Below are positions 10,510 to 19,977 of a stretch of 63,725 nt of DNA, piece after piece. The position numbers and the translations under genes are program-made. Source of the DNA: Bacteroidales bacterium (GTDB lineage Bacteria > Bacteroidota > Bacteroidia > Bacteroidales > VadinHA17); the NCBI GenBank assembly GCA_046706305.1, contig JBJKPQ010000043.1:1-63725 (forward strand), in the 5' to 3' direction. The number at the start of each line of letters is the position of its first letter. The first letter of the stretch is position 1. The notes under the pieces are model-generated. The model searched no databases, was not told where the DNA came from, and was given only the letters and a program-made list of their open reading frames with translations.

Positions 10510-11595
10510 ATGAAAAACAATGTTAATGTAAAGCTGACCCTTGAAGATGGTACCGTATACCATGGTCGATCATTCGGATCCGAACTGGCAACTGCCGGTG
10601 AAGTGGTATTCAACACGGCCATGACGGGATACCCCGAGAGCCTTACCGATCCCTCATACCGGGGGCAGATACTTTGTCTTACATACCCCCTTGTCGGAAA
10701 CTATGGTGCTCCTGCCAGAAGCGAAGAAAATGACCTTTACAGGTTTTATGAATCATCATCCATTCATATTTCCGGATTAATAGTATCCGACTATTCTTTT
10801 GAATACAGTCACTGGAATGCAACAGAAAGCCTGGATGAATGGCTTAAAAGAAACAATGTTCCGGGAATTTACGGGATAGATACACGCAGCCTTACAAAAA
10901 GAATTAGGGTAAAAGGTGCCATGCTTGGAAAAATAGAACCAGAAGGCAGTGAAACAGATTTCTATGATCCCAATAAAGATAACCTTGTAGCTGAAGTCAG
11001 CACCACGGAAAAAAAGATTTACGGTACCGGGAAACACAGGATTGTGCTCGTAGACTGCGGTGTAAAATATAATATAATCAGGAACCTGCTCAAAAGGGAC
11101 ACCACAATTATAAGAGTACCATGGGATTATGATTTCCACAAAGAGGAGTTTGACGGCCTTTTTCTATCTAACGGCCCGGGTGATCCCAAAATGTGCACAG
11201 CTACTATAGACAATATAGCCAAAGCTTTCACAGGTGATAAACCTGTTTTCGGCATCTGCCTGGGGAACCAGCTTATGGCCCTGGCCTCCGGAGCCGATAC
11301 CTACAAACTGAAATACGGTCACAGAAGCCATAACCAGCCTGTCCTTCTCGCAGGTACAGATAAGGCATATATCACATCCCAAAATCACGGATTCGCAGTA
11401 GACAATAAGACTCTCGGAGATGACTGGGAACCCCTCTTTATTAATATTAATGACAAGACAAATGAGGGTATGAAGCATAAAAAGCTACCCTTCTTTTCAA
11501 CACAGTTTCACCCTGAGGCTTCGGGAGGACCGACAGACACAGACTATCTTTTCGACGACTTTATTGATAATATTGAAAAATATAAAGCAGGATAA
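10510..11595 (+). CDS. carA: Carbamoyl-phosphate synthase small subunit
   Basis: GEVVFNTAMTGYPESLTDPSY, LSNGPGDP, GICLGNQ, QFHPEA. Confidence 0.98.
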   Translation: MKNNVNVKLTLEDGTVYHGRSFGSELATAGEVVFNTAMTGYPESLTDPSYRGQILCLTYPLVGNYGAPARSEENDLYRFYESSSIHISGLIVSDYSFEYSHWNATESLDEWLKRNNVPGIYGIDTRSLTKRIRVKGAMLGKIEPEGSETDFYDPNKDNLVAEVSTTEKKIYGTGKHRIVLVDCGVKYNIIRNLLKRDTTIIRVPWDYDFHKEEFDGLFLSNGPGDPKMCTATIDNIAKAFTGDKPVFGICLGNQLMALASGADTYKLKYGHRSHNQPVLLAGTDKAYITSQNHGFAVDNKTLGDDWEPLFININDKTNEGMKHKKLPFFSTQFHPEASGGPTDTDYLFDDFIDNIEKYKAG

Positions 11596-11617
11596 AGATA
11601 TTGACAAACAACCCTCT

Positions 11618-12964
11618 TCACAGCTTAGTTATATAATGCATCATTTTATCGGCCAGTTCGGCAGCAGTAGTGTTCCTGAATGGTTTCATCCGTTCATCAA
11701 AGACAGCTGCAATCTCTTTATTGCACAGGTTGCCGATACTTCCCTCATGAACATAATCCTTTACCGTGGTCCTGGAAAATGATGAAGTCCTTACCATTTC
11801 AGATACTGCTTTATAGGCATCACGGAAAGGAATGCCCTGACGTACCAGCCTGTTCACCTCTTCCGTACTGAAGATGTTATTGTAAAGAGGGTTATCAGTT
11901 ATATTCTTCCTTACCCTTATATTATTTAGCATCAGTATCATTATTTCAATACACTCCCTGAGATCGGTAAAAGCATCAAAAACTATCTGCTTAAGAAGCT
12001 GAAGATCGCGATTATAGCCCGAAGGGAGGCCTGAAACAAGGTTTGCAACCTGGCTGGGAAGAGTCTGAATCAAAGAAGATCGTCCCCTGATTAATTCAAA
12101 AACATCGGGGTTTCTTTTCTGCGGCATTATGCTTGAACCTGTTATATACTCATCGGGGAAATCGATAAATCGGAACTCTGATGTCATGTAAAGGCATATA
12201 TCCATCGACAGTCGACCCAGGGTCTGGGCAACAGATGCTAGTGCTGAAGCAACTGCCATTTCTATTTTACCCCTGCTCAGGCTTGCATAAGCAGAGTTAT
12301 AAATAAGGTCGTCAAATTCCAGCAGGTCAGATGTAAGCTTCCTGTTTATCGGGAGAGTGGTACCATAACCTGCAGCTGTTCCAAGAGGGTTCTGATTATT
12401 AAGGGACCTTGCGGCTGAAAGAAGCACAACATCATCTGACAATGCCTCAGCATATGAACCGAACCACATACCGAAAGAAGAAACCATACCCGGTTGCATA
12501 TGCGTGTAACCCGGAATCAGGACTTCTTTATGCTGATCACTCAGTGATTGTAGTCTTTCAAAAAGTTTCCTCACCAGGCCGGCCAGAAGATCTATCTCTT
12601 CCCTGGTATACAGCCTGATATCGACAAGCACCTGATCGTTGCGCGATCTTCCTGTATGTATCTTCCTTCCTGTTGTACCAAGAATAGACGACATTTCCTT
12701 TTCAATCTGTGAATGAATATCTTCTATGTCATTTTCTATAACAAGCGACCCTTCCTCATCCCAAACGAACAATGAATGCAGTGCCTTCAGAAGGTTATTT
12801 TTCTCCTCGTCTGATATGAGCCCCACATCGGCAAGCATAATAACATGCGCCATTGATCCTACTATATCCCATTTAGTAAGGGCGAGGTCGGTCTTCCTGT
12901 CTTTTCCTGCCGTAAACTCAATTATAGCAGGTTCGGGATTTATCCCTTTTTCCCAGAGTTTCAT
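11618..12964 (-). CDS. argH: Argininosuccinate lyase
   Basis: HTGRSRNDQV, PGYTHMQ, GSSIMPQKRNPD, GIPFRDAY. Confidence 0.97.
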   Translation of the reverse strand: MKLWEKGINPEPAIIEFTAGKDRKTDLALTKWDIVGSMAHVIMLADVGLISDEEKNNLLKALHSLFVWDEEGSLVIENDIEDIHSQIEKEMSSILGTTGRKIHTGRSRNDQVLVDIRLYTREEIDLLAGLVRKLFERLQSLSDQHKEVLIPGYTHMQPGMVSSFGMWFGSYAEALSDDVVLLSAARSLNNQNPLGTAAGYGTTLPINRKLTSDLLEFDDLIYNSAYASLSRGKIEMAVASALASVAQTLGRLSMDICLYMTSEFRFIDFPDEYITGSSIMPQKRNPDVFELIRGRSSLIQTLPSQVANLVSGLPSGYNRDLQLLKQIVFDAFTDLRECIEIMILMLNNIRVRKNITDNPLYNNIFSTEEVNRLVRQGIPFRDAYKAVSEMVRTSSFSRTTVKDYVHEGSIGNLCNKEIAAVFDERMKPFRNTTAAELADKMMHYITKL

Positions 12965-13242
12965 CTTATTAAGTTATTTCCTGATGTTACAGAATTTGTC
13001 TTTCAACCGGGGCTGCCGGATATTAACCGGCTGATTAATACCATCTGATTTCCAGGAATTACCCTGTCTTCACAAGTCAGCCGGAAATTTTCAAATTGTC
13101 TTCTAACCAATCATTTAATACGGGTATTCCTGACAAATAAGGCCATACCTTGCGCGATCTACAGTATGAGGACCTTTCAGCAGCCCCTGAATTGAAAGTT
13201 AAGTATTTTTCAGGATATTTTTTATAAACAACAATTATAAGT

Positions 13243-14481
13243 TTAACGTTCGCCGTTCCTGCTGGCTTCCACAATGGCCCGGTGAGCCATCAGCCTTATG
13301 GCATTTATCCTTATGAAGCCCTTGCTGTCTGTCTGATCAAATCCTCCTTCAATATCCATACTCGAAAGCTTCTTGTCGTACAGGGAAGAAGGTGATTCAC
13401 GACCTTCAATTATTACATTTCCCTTATAAAGGCAAAGATGTACACTTCCATCGATAAGCTCCTGGCTTTTCTCGATAGCTGCCAGCAGGAAATCCATTTC
13501 CGGACTAAACCAGAAACCATTATATATTATTTCTGCAAATTTCGGTGTGAGCATGTTAACAAGACGCATTACTTCCCTGTCCATTGCAATACCTTCAATA
13601 TCCTTATGCGCAATATGAAGAACTGTGGCAGCCGGAGTCTCATACACGCCTCTCGACTTAATACCGACAAACCTGTTTTCAACCATATCAAGAAGGCCAA
13701 TACCATTCTTTCCTGCCAGTTCATTAAGGTATACATACATATCGTATGAATCTTCCTTCACAGTACCGTCATCCTTATTGATAAGCTTAACGGGTATACC
13801 GTTTTTGAAATGTATGACAATACGTGTTTCCTTATCCGGAGCATCCTGTGGCATAACCATCTTTTCAAGCATGCTCTTGTGAAGAGTATACATTGGATCT
13901 TCCAGAATCCCGGCTTCATGACTGATATGCATAAGGTTATCATCTTCACTATAGGGTTTGTCGATACTCGCTTTTACCGGAATTTTTTTATCTGATGCAT
14001 ATTTAAGAAGATCCGTCCTGCCCTTGAATGCAGCCAGAAATTCCTTGTCCTTCCAGGGTGAAATGACCTTTATCTCCGGCATCAGGGCAAAATAACAGAG
14101 CTCAAACCTAACCTGGTCGTTACCCTTGCCTGTTGCACCGTGAGCTACTGCCGTGGCACCTTCAGCCCTGGCAACCTCAATCTGCTTCTTGGCTATAAGT
14201 GGTCTTGCAAGAGCAGTCCCCAGCAGGTACCTGTCTTCATATATAGCATTAGCCATTATTGCCTTTAAAACATATTCATCTATAAACTCCCTCTTCAGAT
14301 CGGCTATTACAACCTTTGTTGCTCCAAGTAAGAGAGCTTTCTTCCTGCACTCCTCAAAGTCATCATTCTGACCTACATCCGCTACAAAAGCTATTACATC
14401 ATAGCCCTTCTCGATCAACCATTTCAGGATGACCGAAGTATCAAGACCGCCGCTGTACGCGAGAACCACTTTTTCTTTCAT
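13243..14481 (-). CDS. argG: Argininosuccinate synthase
   Basis: [40 protein letters not shown]. Confidence 0.98.
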   Translation of the reverse strand: MKEKVVLAYSGGLDTSVILKWLIEKGYDVIAFVADVGQNDDFEECRKKALLLGATKVVIADLKREFIDEYVLKAIMANAIYEDRYLLGTALARPLIAKKQIEVARAEGATAVAHGATGKGNDQVRFELCYFALMPEIKVISPWKDKEFLAAFKGRTDLLKYASDKKIPVKASIDKPYSEDDNLMHISHEAGILEDPMYTLHKSMLEKMVMPQDAPDKETRIVIHFKNGIPVKLINKDDGTVKEDSYDMYVYLNELAGKNGIGLLDMVENRFVGIKSRGVYETPAATVLHIAHKDIEGIAMDREVMRLVNMLTPKFAEIIYNGFWFSPEMDFLLAAIEKSQELIDGSVHLCLYKGNVIIEGRESPSSLYDKKLSSMDIEGGFDQTDSKGFIRINAIRLMAHRAIVEASRNGER

Positions 14482-14537
14482 CTTTAAATCAAATTAATGT
14501 TATGTGTTTATTTATTACCCATCAGAAAAATAACCGG

Positions 14538-15020
14538 TCAGGTCCGGGGTCTTACCTGTTCATGTATACCCGGCAATATCAGCTCCAGGCAGGTGTGAAC
14601 CTGCTGAAGAGTAATCCCGTCCCTTGGAATAACCAGTATTGTATCATCACCTGCAATTGTACCTGCAATCTCATACCTTGAGGCACCGTCGATAAAAAAG
14701 GCTGTGTTGCTGGCATTACCCGGTATAGTCTTTATTACAAGTAATCCGTTTGCCTCAATGATGTCGCGTATTACAGGAACAAGATTCATTTTAAGGGCAG
14801 CTCCCGCCGGTGCCGGCTGCCTGTCAGGTAAAGAGTACATATAACCCCCTCTCCCGTCAGGTATTCTTCCCACACCCAGCTGCCTCAGGTTCCTCGACAG
14901 GGTTGCCTGGGTGCAACTGATGCCCTTATGATGCAACATCTTTAACAACTCTTCCTGTGTCGTTATATGCTCTTCGGCAATTATCTCCTCAATTACAAGA
15001 AGCCTGTTTGTTTTTTGCAT
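14538..15020 (-). CDS. argR: Arginine repressor
   Basis: TQEEL, TQATLSR, KTIPGNAS, GTIAGDDTILV. Confidence 0.96.
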   Translation of the reverse strand: MQKTNRLLVIEEIIAEEHITTQEELLKMLHHKGISCTQATLSRNLRQLGVGRIPDGRGGYMYSLPDRQPAPAGAALKMNLVPVIRDIIEANGLLVIKTIPGNASNTAFFIDGASRYEIAGTIAGDDTILVIPRDGITLQQVHTCLELILPGIHEQVRPRT

Positions 15021-15052
15021 ATTTATTCATTTATTTTGCAAATATATTCATT
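15014..15052. promoter_or_regulatory. Tandem ARG boxes (ArgR operator) overlapping the argR start codon and its -7 promoter element
   Basis: Cores TGCATATTTATTCA (15016-15029) and TGCAAATATATTCA (15037-15050) are offset by 21 bp, i.e. two 18-bp boxes 3 bp apart; minus-strand TATATTTG at 15039-15046. Confidence 0.85.
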
Positions 15053-15088
15053 TTTTAATAAAAACAAATCCTAATAAAAAAATTGTGT

Positions 15089-15096
15089 TAATTTTG
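15089..15096 (+). promoter_or_regulatory. -7 promoter element of carB (TAATTTTG)
   Basis: TAnnTTTG match 17 nt before the carB ATG. Confidence 0.6.
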
Positions 15097-15113
15097 GACC
15101 TCAAATCAGTACC

Positions 15114-18100
15114 ATGAAAGATCCGATAAGAAAGGTTGTTATATTAGGGTCCGGAGCCCTTAAAATTGGAGAAGCCGGGGAGTTTGACTATTCCGGTTCA
15201 CAAGCCCTCAAAGCCCTTAAAGAAGAGAACATCAGAACAGTTCTGATAAACCCAAACATTGCCACAGTACAGACATCGGAAGATCTTGCAGACAAAATTT
15301 ACTTTCTTCCTGTCACTCCTTTCTTTGTTGAACAGGTAATTGCAAAGGAAAAGCCTGACGGTATACTGTTATCATTCGGTGGCCAAACGGCTTTAAACTG
15401 TGGAACAGGTTTATTCAAAGCAGGGGTGTTTGAAAAGTACAACGTACGGGTGCTGGGCACTCCCGTGAGGGCTATTATGGATACTGAGGACAGGGAATTG
15501 TTTGTAAACAAGTTACGAGAAATAGATGTAAAGACCCCCAGCAGTATTGCAGTTCAAAGTGTGGATGAAGCTCTTAAAGCAGCTGGCAGGCTCGGCTTCC
15601 CTGTAATAATAAGGGCTGCTTATACTCTTGGCGGGCAGGGAAGCGGATTTGCATCGGATACTGATGAGCTGAAGACACTGGCCTCAAAAGCTTTTTCATA
15701 TACCGACCAGATCCTTGTTGAGGAATCGCTGAAGGGTTGGAAAGAGGTTGAATATGAAGTTGTAAGAGACAGGTATGATAATTGTATCACTGTCTGTAAC
15801 ATGGAAAACTTCGATCCGCTGGGGATACATACAGGCGAAAGTATTGTTGTTGCCCCTTCGCAGACTCTTACCAACAGTGAATACCATAAACTTCGCGAAT
15901 TATCGATAAGGATAATACGTCATATCGGTATTGTGGGAGAGTGTAATGTTCAGTATGCCCTTGCGCCTGATTCGGAAGACTACAGGGTTATTGAGGTGAA
16001 TGCACGGCTTTCCCGTTCAAGTGCACTGGCGTCAAAAGCTACAGGATACCCCCTGGCTTTTATTGCCGCCAAGCTGGGAATGGGTTATGGTTTACATGAA
16101 CTTAAAAACTCGGTAACAAAAAATACTACCGCATGTTTTGAGCCTGCCCTGGACTATATAGTATGTAAAATACCCCGATGGGATCTTAATAAGTTCGACG
16201 GGGTATCGCACCTGATAGGCAGCAGCATGAAAAGTGTCGGAGAGGTTATGTCGATAGGCAGGACCTTTGAGGAAGTGATACAGAAAGGATTGAGAATGAT
16301 AGGCCAGGGGATGCATGGATTTACAGGCAACAGGAACCTGAGCTTTGAAGATATTGAGAAGGAATTATCGGAGCCTACCGACATGAGGATATTCTCTATT
16401 GCTGAAGCCCTGGAAAAAGGTATGTCGGTAGAGAGGATTTACGAACTCACGAAGATTGACAGATGGTTTCTGTTTAAACTAAAGAATATTATCAGTATTA
16501 AGGATGAAATATCAGGCTATGACTCACTGGAATCGATACCTCCCGCATTACTATCGCATGCCAAAATAAACGGGTTCAGCGATTTTCAGATTGCAAGGCA
16601 TATATTCAAATCAGAGCCGGGAAATATCCACGAAGACCTTATGAAGGTAAGGAAGCACAGGAAAGCCCTGGGGATAATTCCCTACATTAAGCAGATAGAT
16701 ACCCTGGCGGCAGAGTACCCGGCTGTAACTAATTACCTGTACCTGACATATAGTGGCACGGAACATGATATCAACTGTGAGACTGACAAGAGATCAGTTA
16801 TAGTCCTTGGTTCGGGTGCATACCGGATTGGTTCCAGCGTGGAGTTCGACTGGTGCTCTGTTAATGCCATCGACACTATAAAAAAAGAAGGCCTGCGATC
16901 CATAATGATAAATTATAATCCCGAAACAGTCAGTACAGACTATGATATCTGCGACAGGCTCTATTTTGACGAACTGACTTTTGAAAGGGTATACGATATT
17001 ATTGAACTTGAGAACCCGGGAGGAGTCATTGTGTCGGTGGGCGGACAGATACCAAACAACCTGGCCATGCGGCTCTACAACGAGAATGTGCCGGTTCTGG
17101 GTACATCTCCGATATCAATAGACAGGGCAGAGAACAGGCATAAATTTTCCGAGATGCTCGATATACTTTCCGTCGATCAGCCTCGATGGAAGGAGTTGTC
17201 ATCAATAGACGACATACATGATTTTGTGGAAAGGATAGGGTTTCCTGTTCTTATCAGGCCTTCCTATGTTCTTTCCGGAGCCGCGATGAATGTGGTCTCC
17301 AATAAAAATGAATTGACACATTACCTCGAACTGGCTGCCCAGGTATCAAAACAATACCCGGTTGTTGTTTCGGAGTTCATAGAAAATGCCAAGGAGATAG
17401 AGATTGACGCCGTGGCTAATAAGGGCGAGATGATAGCATATGCCATCAGCGAACATGTCGAGTTTGCCGGAGTACATTCAGGAGACGCCACAATGGTATT
17501 TCCGGCGCAGAAAATATATTTTGAAACATCACGAAGGATAAAACGCATCTCGAGGCAGATTGCCAAAGAACTTAATATTTCGGGCCCTTTCAATATCCAG
17601 TTTCTTGCCAAGGATAATGATATAAAAGTTATTGAATGTAACCTGCGTGCAAGCCGCAGTATGCCTTTTGTTTCAAAAGTACTGAAATCCAATCTTATAG
17701 AGCTGGCCACCAGGGTAATGCTTGGTGTCAGGGTAGAAAAACCTGTCAAGACAATATTTGAGCTCGATTATGTAGGTGTCAAAGCACCGCAGTTCAGTTT
17801 CTCCAGACTTGCCAAGGCCGATCCTGTGCTCGGGGTGGATATGTCTTCCACAGGTGAGGTGGGCTGCATAGGAGAAGGATTCTATGAAGCTATCCTTAAA
17901 GCAATGTTTTCTGTCGGCTACCGTGTTCCTGTAAAAAGCATTCTGCTGTCCACGGGACCTGCAAGATCGAAAGTTGAACTGCTGAACAGCGCCAGGGCAC
18001 TGAGGGAAAAAGGTCATAAACTTTATGCAACCAGGGGGACCCAGCAGTTCCTTGAAAATGCTGGTATCGAAGCACATGTTGCCTACTGGCCCGATGAAGA

Positions 18101-18335
18101 TAAATCGCCTAATACCATTGATCTTATACGTTCAAGGGAAGTAGATCTTGTGGTTAATATCCCGAAAGACCTCAGCGCAACAGAACTAAGCAATGATTAC
18201 TCAATAAGAAGGAGCGCTGTCGATTTCAATGTTCCTCTTATTACCAACGCCCGCCTGGCAAGCGCCTTCATCCTTGCTTTCTGTAAACTGAAAACAGAGG
18301 ACCTGCAGGTTAAAAGCTGGGATGAATACAAGTAA
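15114..18335 (+). CDS. carB: Carbamoyl-phosphate synthase large subunit
   Basis: GEFDYSGSQA, duplicated ATP-grasp halves, IEVNARLSRSSALASKATGYP, C-terminal MGS domain. Confidence 0.98.
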   Translation: MKDPIRKVVILGSGALKIGEAGEFDYSGSQALKALKEENIRTVLINPNIATVQTSEDLADKIYFLPVTPFFVEQVIAKEKPDGILLSFGGQTALNCGTGLFKAGVFEKYNVRVLGTPVRAIMDTEDRELFVNKLREIDVKTPSSIAVQSVDEALKAAGRLGFPVIIRAAYTLGGQGSGFASDTDELKTLASKAFSYTDQILVEESLKGWKEVEYEVVRDRYDNCITVCNMENFDPLGIHTGESIVVAPSQTLTNSEYHKLRELSIRIIRHIGIVGECNVQYALAPDSEDYRVIEVNARLSRSSALASKATGYPLAFIAAKLGMGYGLHELKNSVTKNTTACFEPALDYIVCKIPRWDLNKFDGVSHLIGSSMKSVGEVMSIGRTFEEVIQKGLRMIGQGMHGFTGNRNLSFEDIEKELSEPTDMRIFSIAEALEKGMSVERIYELTKIDRWFLFKLKNIISIKDEISGYDSLESIPPALLSHAKINGFSDFQIARHIFKSEPGNIHEDLMKVRKHRKALGIIPYIKQIDTLAAEYPAVTNYLYLTYSGTEHDINCETDKRSVIVLGSGAYRIGSSVEFDWCSVNAIDTIKKEGLRSIMINYNPETVSTDYDICDRLYFDELTFERVYDIIELENPGGVIVSVGGQIPNNLAMRLYNENVPVLGTSPISIDRAENRHKFSEMLDILSVDQPRWKELSSIDDIHDFVERIGFPVLIRPSYVLSGAAMNVVSNKNELTHYLELAAQVSKQYPVVVSEFIENAKEIEIDAVANKGEMIAYAISEHVEFAGVHSGDATMVFPAQKIYFETSRRIKRISRQIAKELNISGPFNIQFLAKDNDIKVIECNLRASRSMPFVSKVLKSNLIELATRVMLGVRVEKPVKTIFELDYVGVKAPQFSFSRLAKADPVLGVDMSSTGEVGCIGEGFYEAILKAMFSVGYRVPVKSILLSTGPARSKVELLNSARALREKGHKLYATRGTQQFLENAGIEAHVAYWPDEDKSPNTIDLIRSREVDLVVNIPKDLSATELSNDYSIRRSAVDFNVPLITNARLASAFILAFCKLKTEDLQVKSWDEYK

Positions 18336-18440
18336 ATAAAACAGTTATACCCCTTTACAGGATCGAACTGCCGACTACCATATGAAAAAGGAACAGTCCT
18401 ATTCCATTTATATATTATAACTTAAAAACAAAGTAACCGT

Positions 18441-18890
18441 ATGATTACTATCCGAAAAGCCCGAGTGGAAGATTCTGATAAACTAATTGAATTCCAGCAA
18501 AAAATGGCATGGGAAACGGAACAGCTTGAACTAGACATCGCCATTGTGAACAATGGTGTAGCTGCAGTCTTTGAGAATCATGGCAAAGGACAGTACTATG
18601 TTGCTGAAGAAGATGGAATTGTTGTTGCTTCATTACTGATAACATATGAATGGAGCGACTGGCGTAACAGTGATGTATGGTGGTTCCAGTCGGTTTATGT
18701 ACTGCCCGCCTCAAGGAGAAAAGGAATATTCAGAAAGATGTATACATATGTAAAGGAGGAAGGTGAGAAACAGGGGATTGCCGGACTCAGGCTATATGTT
18801 GAATCGAATAATAAAAGAGCCATGGCAACATACGAAGCTATGGGCATGCACTGCGAACATTATACAATGTATGAATGGCTTAGGGATTAA
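18441..18890 (+). CDS. GNAT-family N-acetyltransferase
   Basis: TYEWSDWRN, VYVLPASRRKGIF (motif A), LRLYVESNNKRAMATY. Confidence 0.9.
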   Translation: MITIRKARVEDSDKLIEFQQKMAWETEQLELDIAIVNNGVAAVFENHGKGQYYVAEEDGIVVASLLITYEWSDWRNSDVWWFQSVYVLPASRRKGIFRKMYTYVKEEGEKQGIAGLRLYVESNNKRAMATYEAMGMHCEHYTMYEWLRD

Positions 18891-18892
18891 CG

Positions 18893-19975
18893 ATGCAATG
18901 GCTTATTGCTATATTTATTATACCTTATCTTATCGTGCTTCTCAAGATTTACGGGAGCATGAAAAGGGCATCATCTTTTAAGTCGTTCCCCACTCCTTTT
19001 TTTAAAATATCGGTCATAATTCCATGTCGCAATGAAGGAAAGAACCTGCCATATATCCTCGGGGATCTTTCCTTCCAGGATTACCCTCCGGATTTTTTCG
19101 AAGTTATAGTTGTTGATGACAATTCAACAGATGGCACCTTAAGCTCTGTATTATCAGAGAAACGGATAAGAAATCTCATTGTCGTCAAAAACACGGGTGC
19201 AGGTAAAAAAGATGCCCTGAGATGCGGGATTGATGTTGCGACATCCGGACTTATCATTACAACGGATGCTGATTGTCGCATGGGGAAAAAGTGGATAAGC
19301 ACAATTGCCTGCTTTTACAATAGGGGAAGACAGGATCTTATAATAGGGCCTGTGAAGCTCAGTTCACGGGCAGGGTTCCTGGGCAGGTTCCAGGAGCTTG
19401 AGTTTATGGCATTGCAGGGGGTTACCTACGGAACTGCAACAGCTGGACAGGCAACAATGTGCAACGGGGCTAACCTGGCCTTCCCCAGGAGTACCTATTA
19501 TGATAATGCAGGCAACCTGCATCCCGAAATTCAGTCAGGAGATGATATATTCCTGCTGCACAGTATAAAAAAGGGAAAAAGAGCTGTAATAGAATGGCTG
19601 GGATCGGATGAGGCCGTTGTAGAAACAGCCCAGGCAAGTTTGTTAAAGGATCTATTAAGGCAGAGAAGGCGGTGGCTGGCCAAGAGCCGTGTTTATACTG
19701 ATATCCACACTGTTATATTGGGGTTAGTGGTATTCATTCCTGTCGCGCTTATACTTTTTACACTTGCAGCTTCCTTTTTCAACAGCCGTTTTATTCCGGT
19801 TGCATTTTTCCTTTACCTGCTGAAATCTGTTCCGGATTATCTTATCCTGAAAGAAACAACTGATAAGTATCGATCGCCTGAACTTATGAAATGGTTTATT
19901 CCGGCCGAACTGGTTTATCCGTTTTATGTTGCAATTGTTGCAATAATGTCAGTGAGGAAAGGAAGAAACACCTGA
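18893..19975 (+). CDS. GT2-family membrane glycosyltransferase
   Basis: IIPCRNE, VVDDNSTD, TTDADC, SGDD, QRRRW, C-terminal TM helices. Confidence 0.92.
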   Translation: MQWLIAIFIIPYLIVLLKIYGSMKRASSFKSFPTPFFKISVIIPCRNEGKNLPYILGDLSFQDYPPDFFEVIVVDDNSTDGTLSSVLSEKRIRNLIVVKNTGAGKKDALRCGIDVATSGLIITTDADCRMGKKWISTIACFYNRGRQDLIIGPVKLSSRAGFLGRFQELEFMALQGVTYGTATAGQATMCNGANLAFPRSTYYDNAGNLHPEIQSGDDIFLLHSIKKGKRAVIEWLGSDEAVVETAQASLLKDLLRQRRRWLAKSRVYTDIHTVILGLVVFIPVALILFTLAASFFNSRFIPVAFFLYLLKSVPDYLILKETTDKYRSPELMKWFIPAELVYPFYVAIVAIMSVRKGRNT

Positions 19976-19977
19976 TT

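Noticed and set aside
13077-13274. 65-aa ORF in the argG-argH gap as a real gene or arg remnant
   Set aside because: It overlaps the argG 3' end, has a non-ATG start and shows no recognisable similarity
18441-18890. GNAT as ArgA (N-acetylglutamate synthase) because it follows carB
   Set aside because: The TYEWSDWRN-type sequence is a generic GNAT; no ArgA-specific features were recognised
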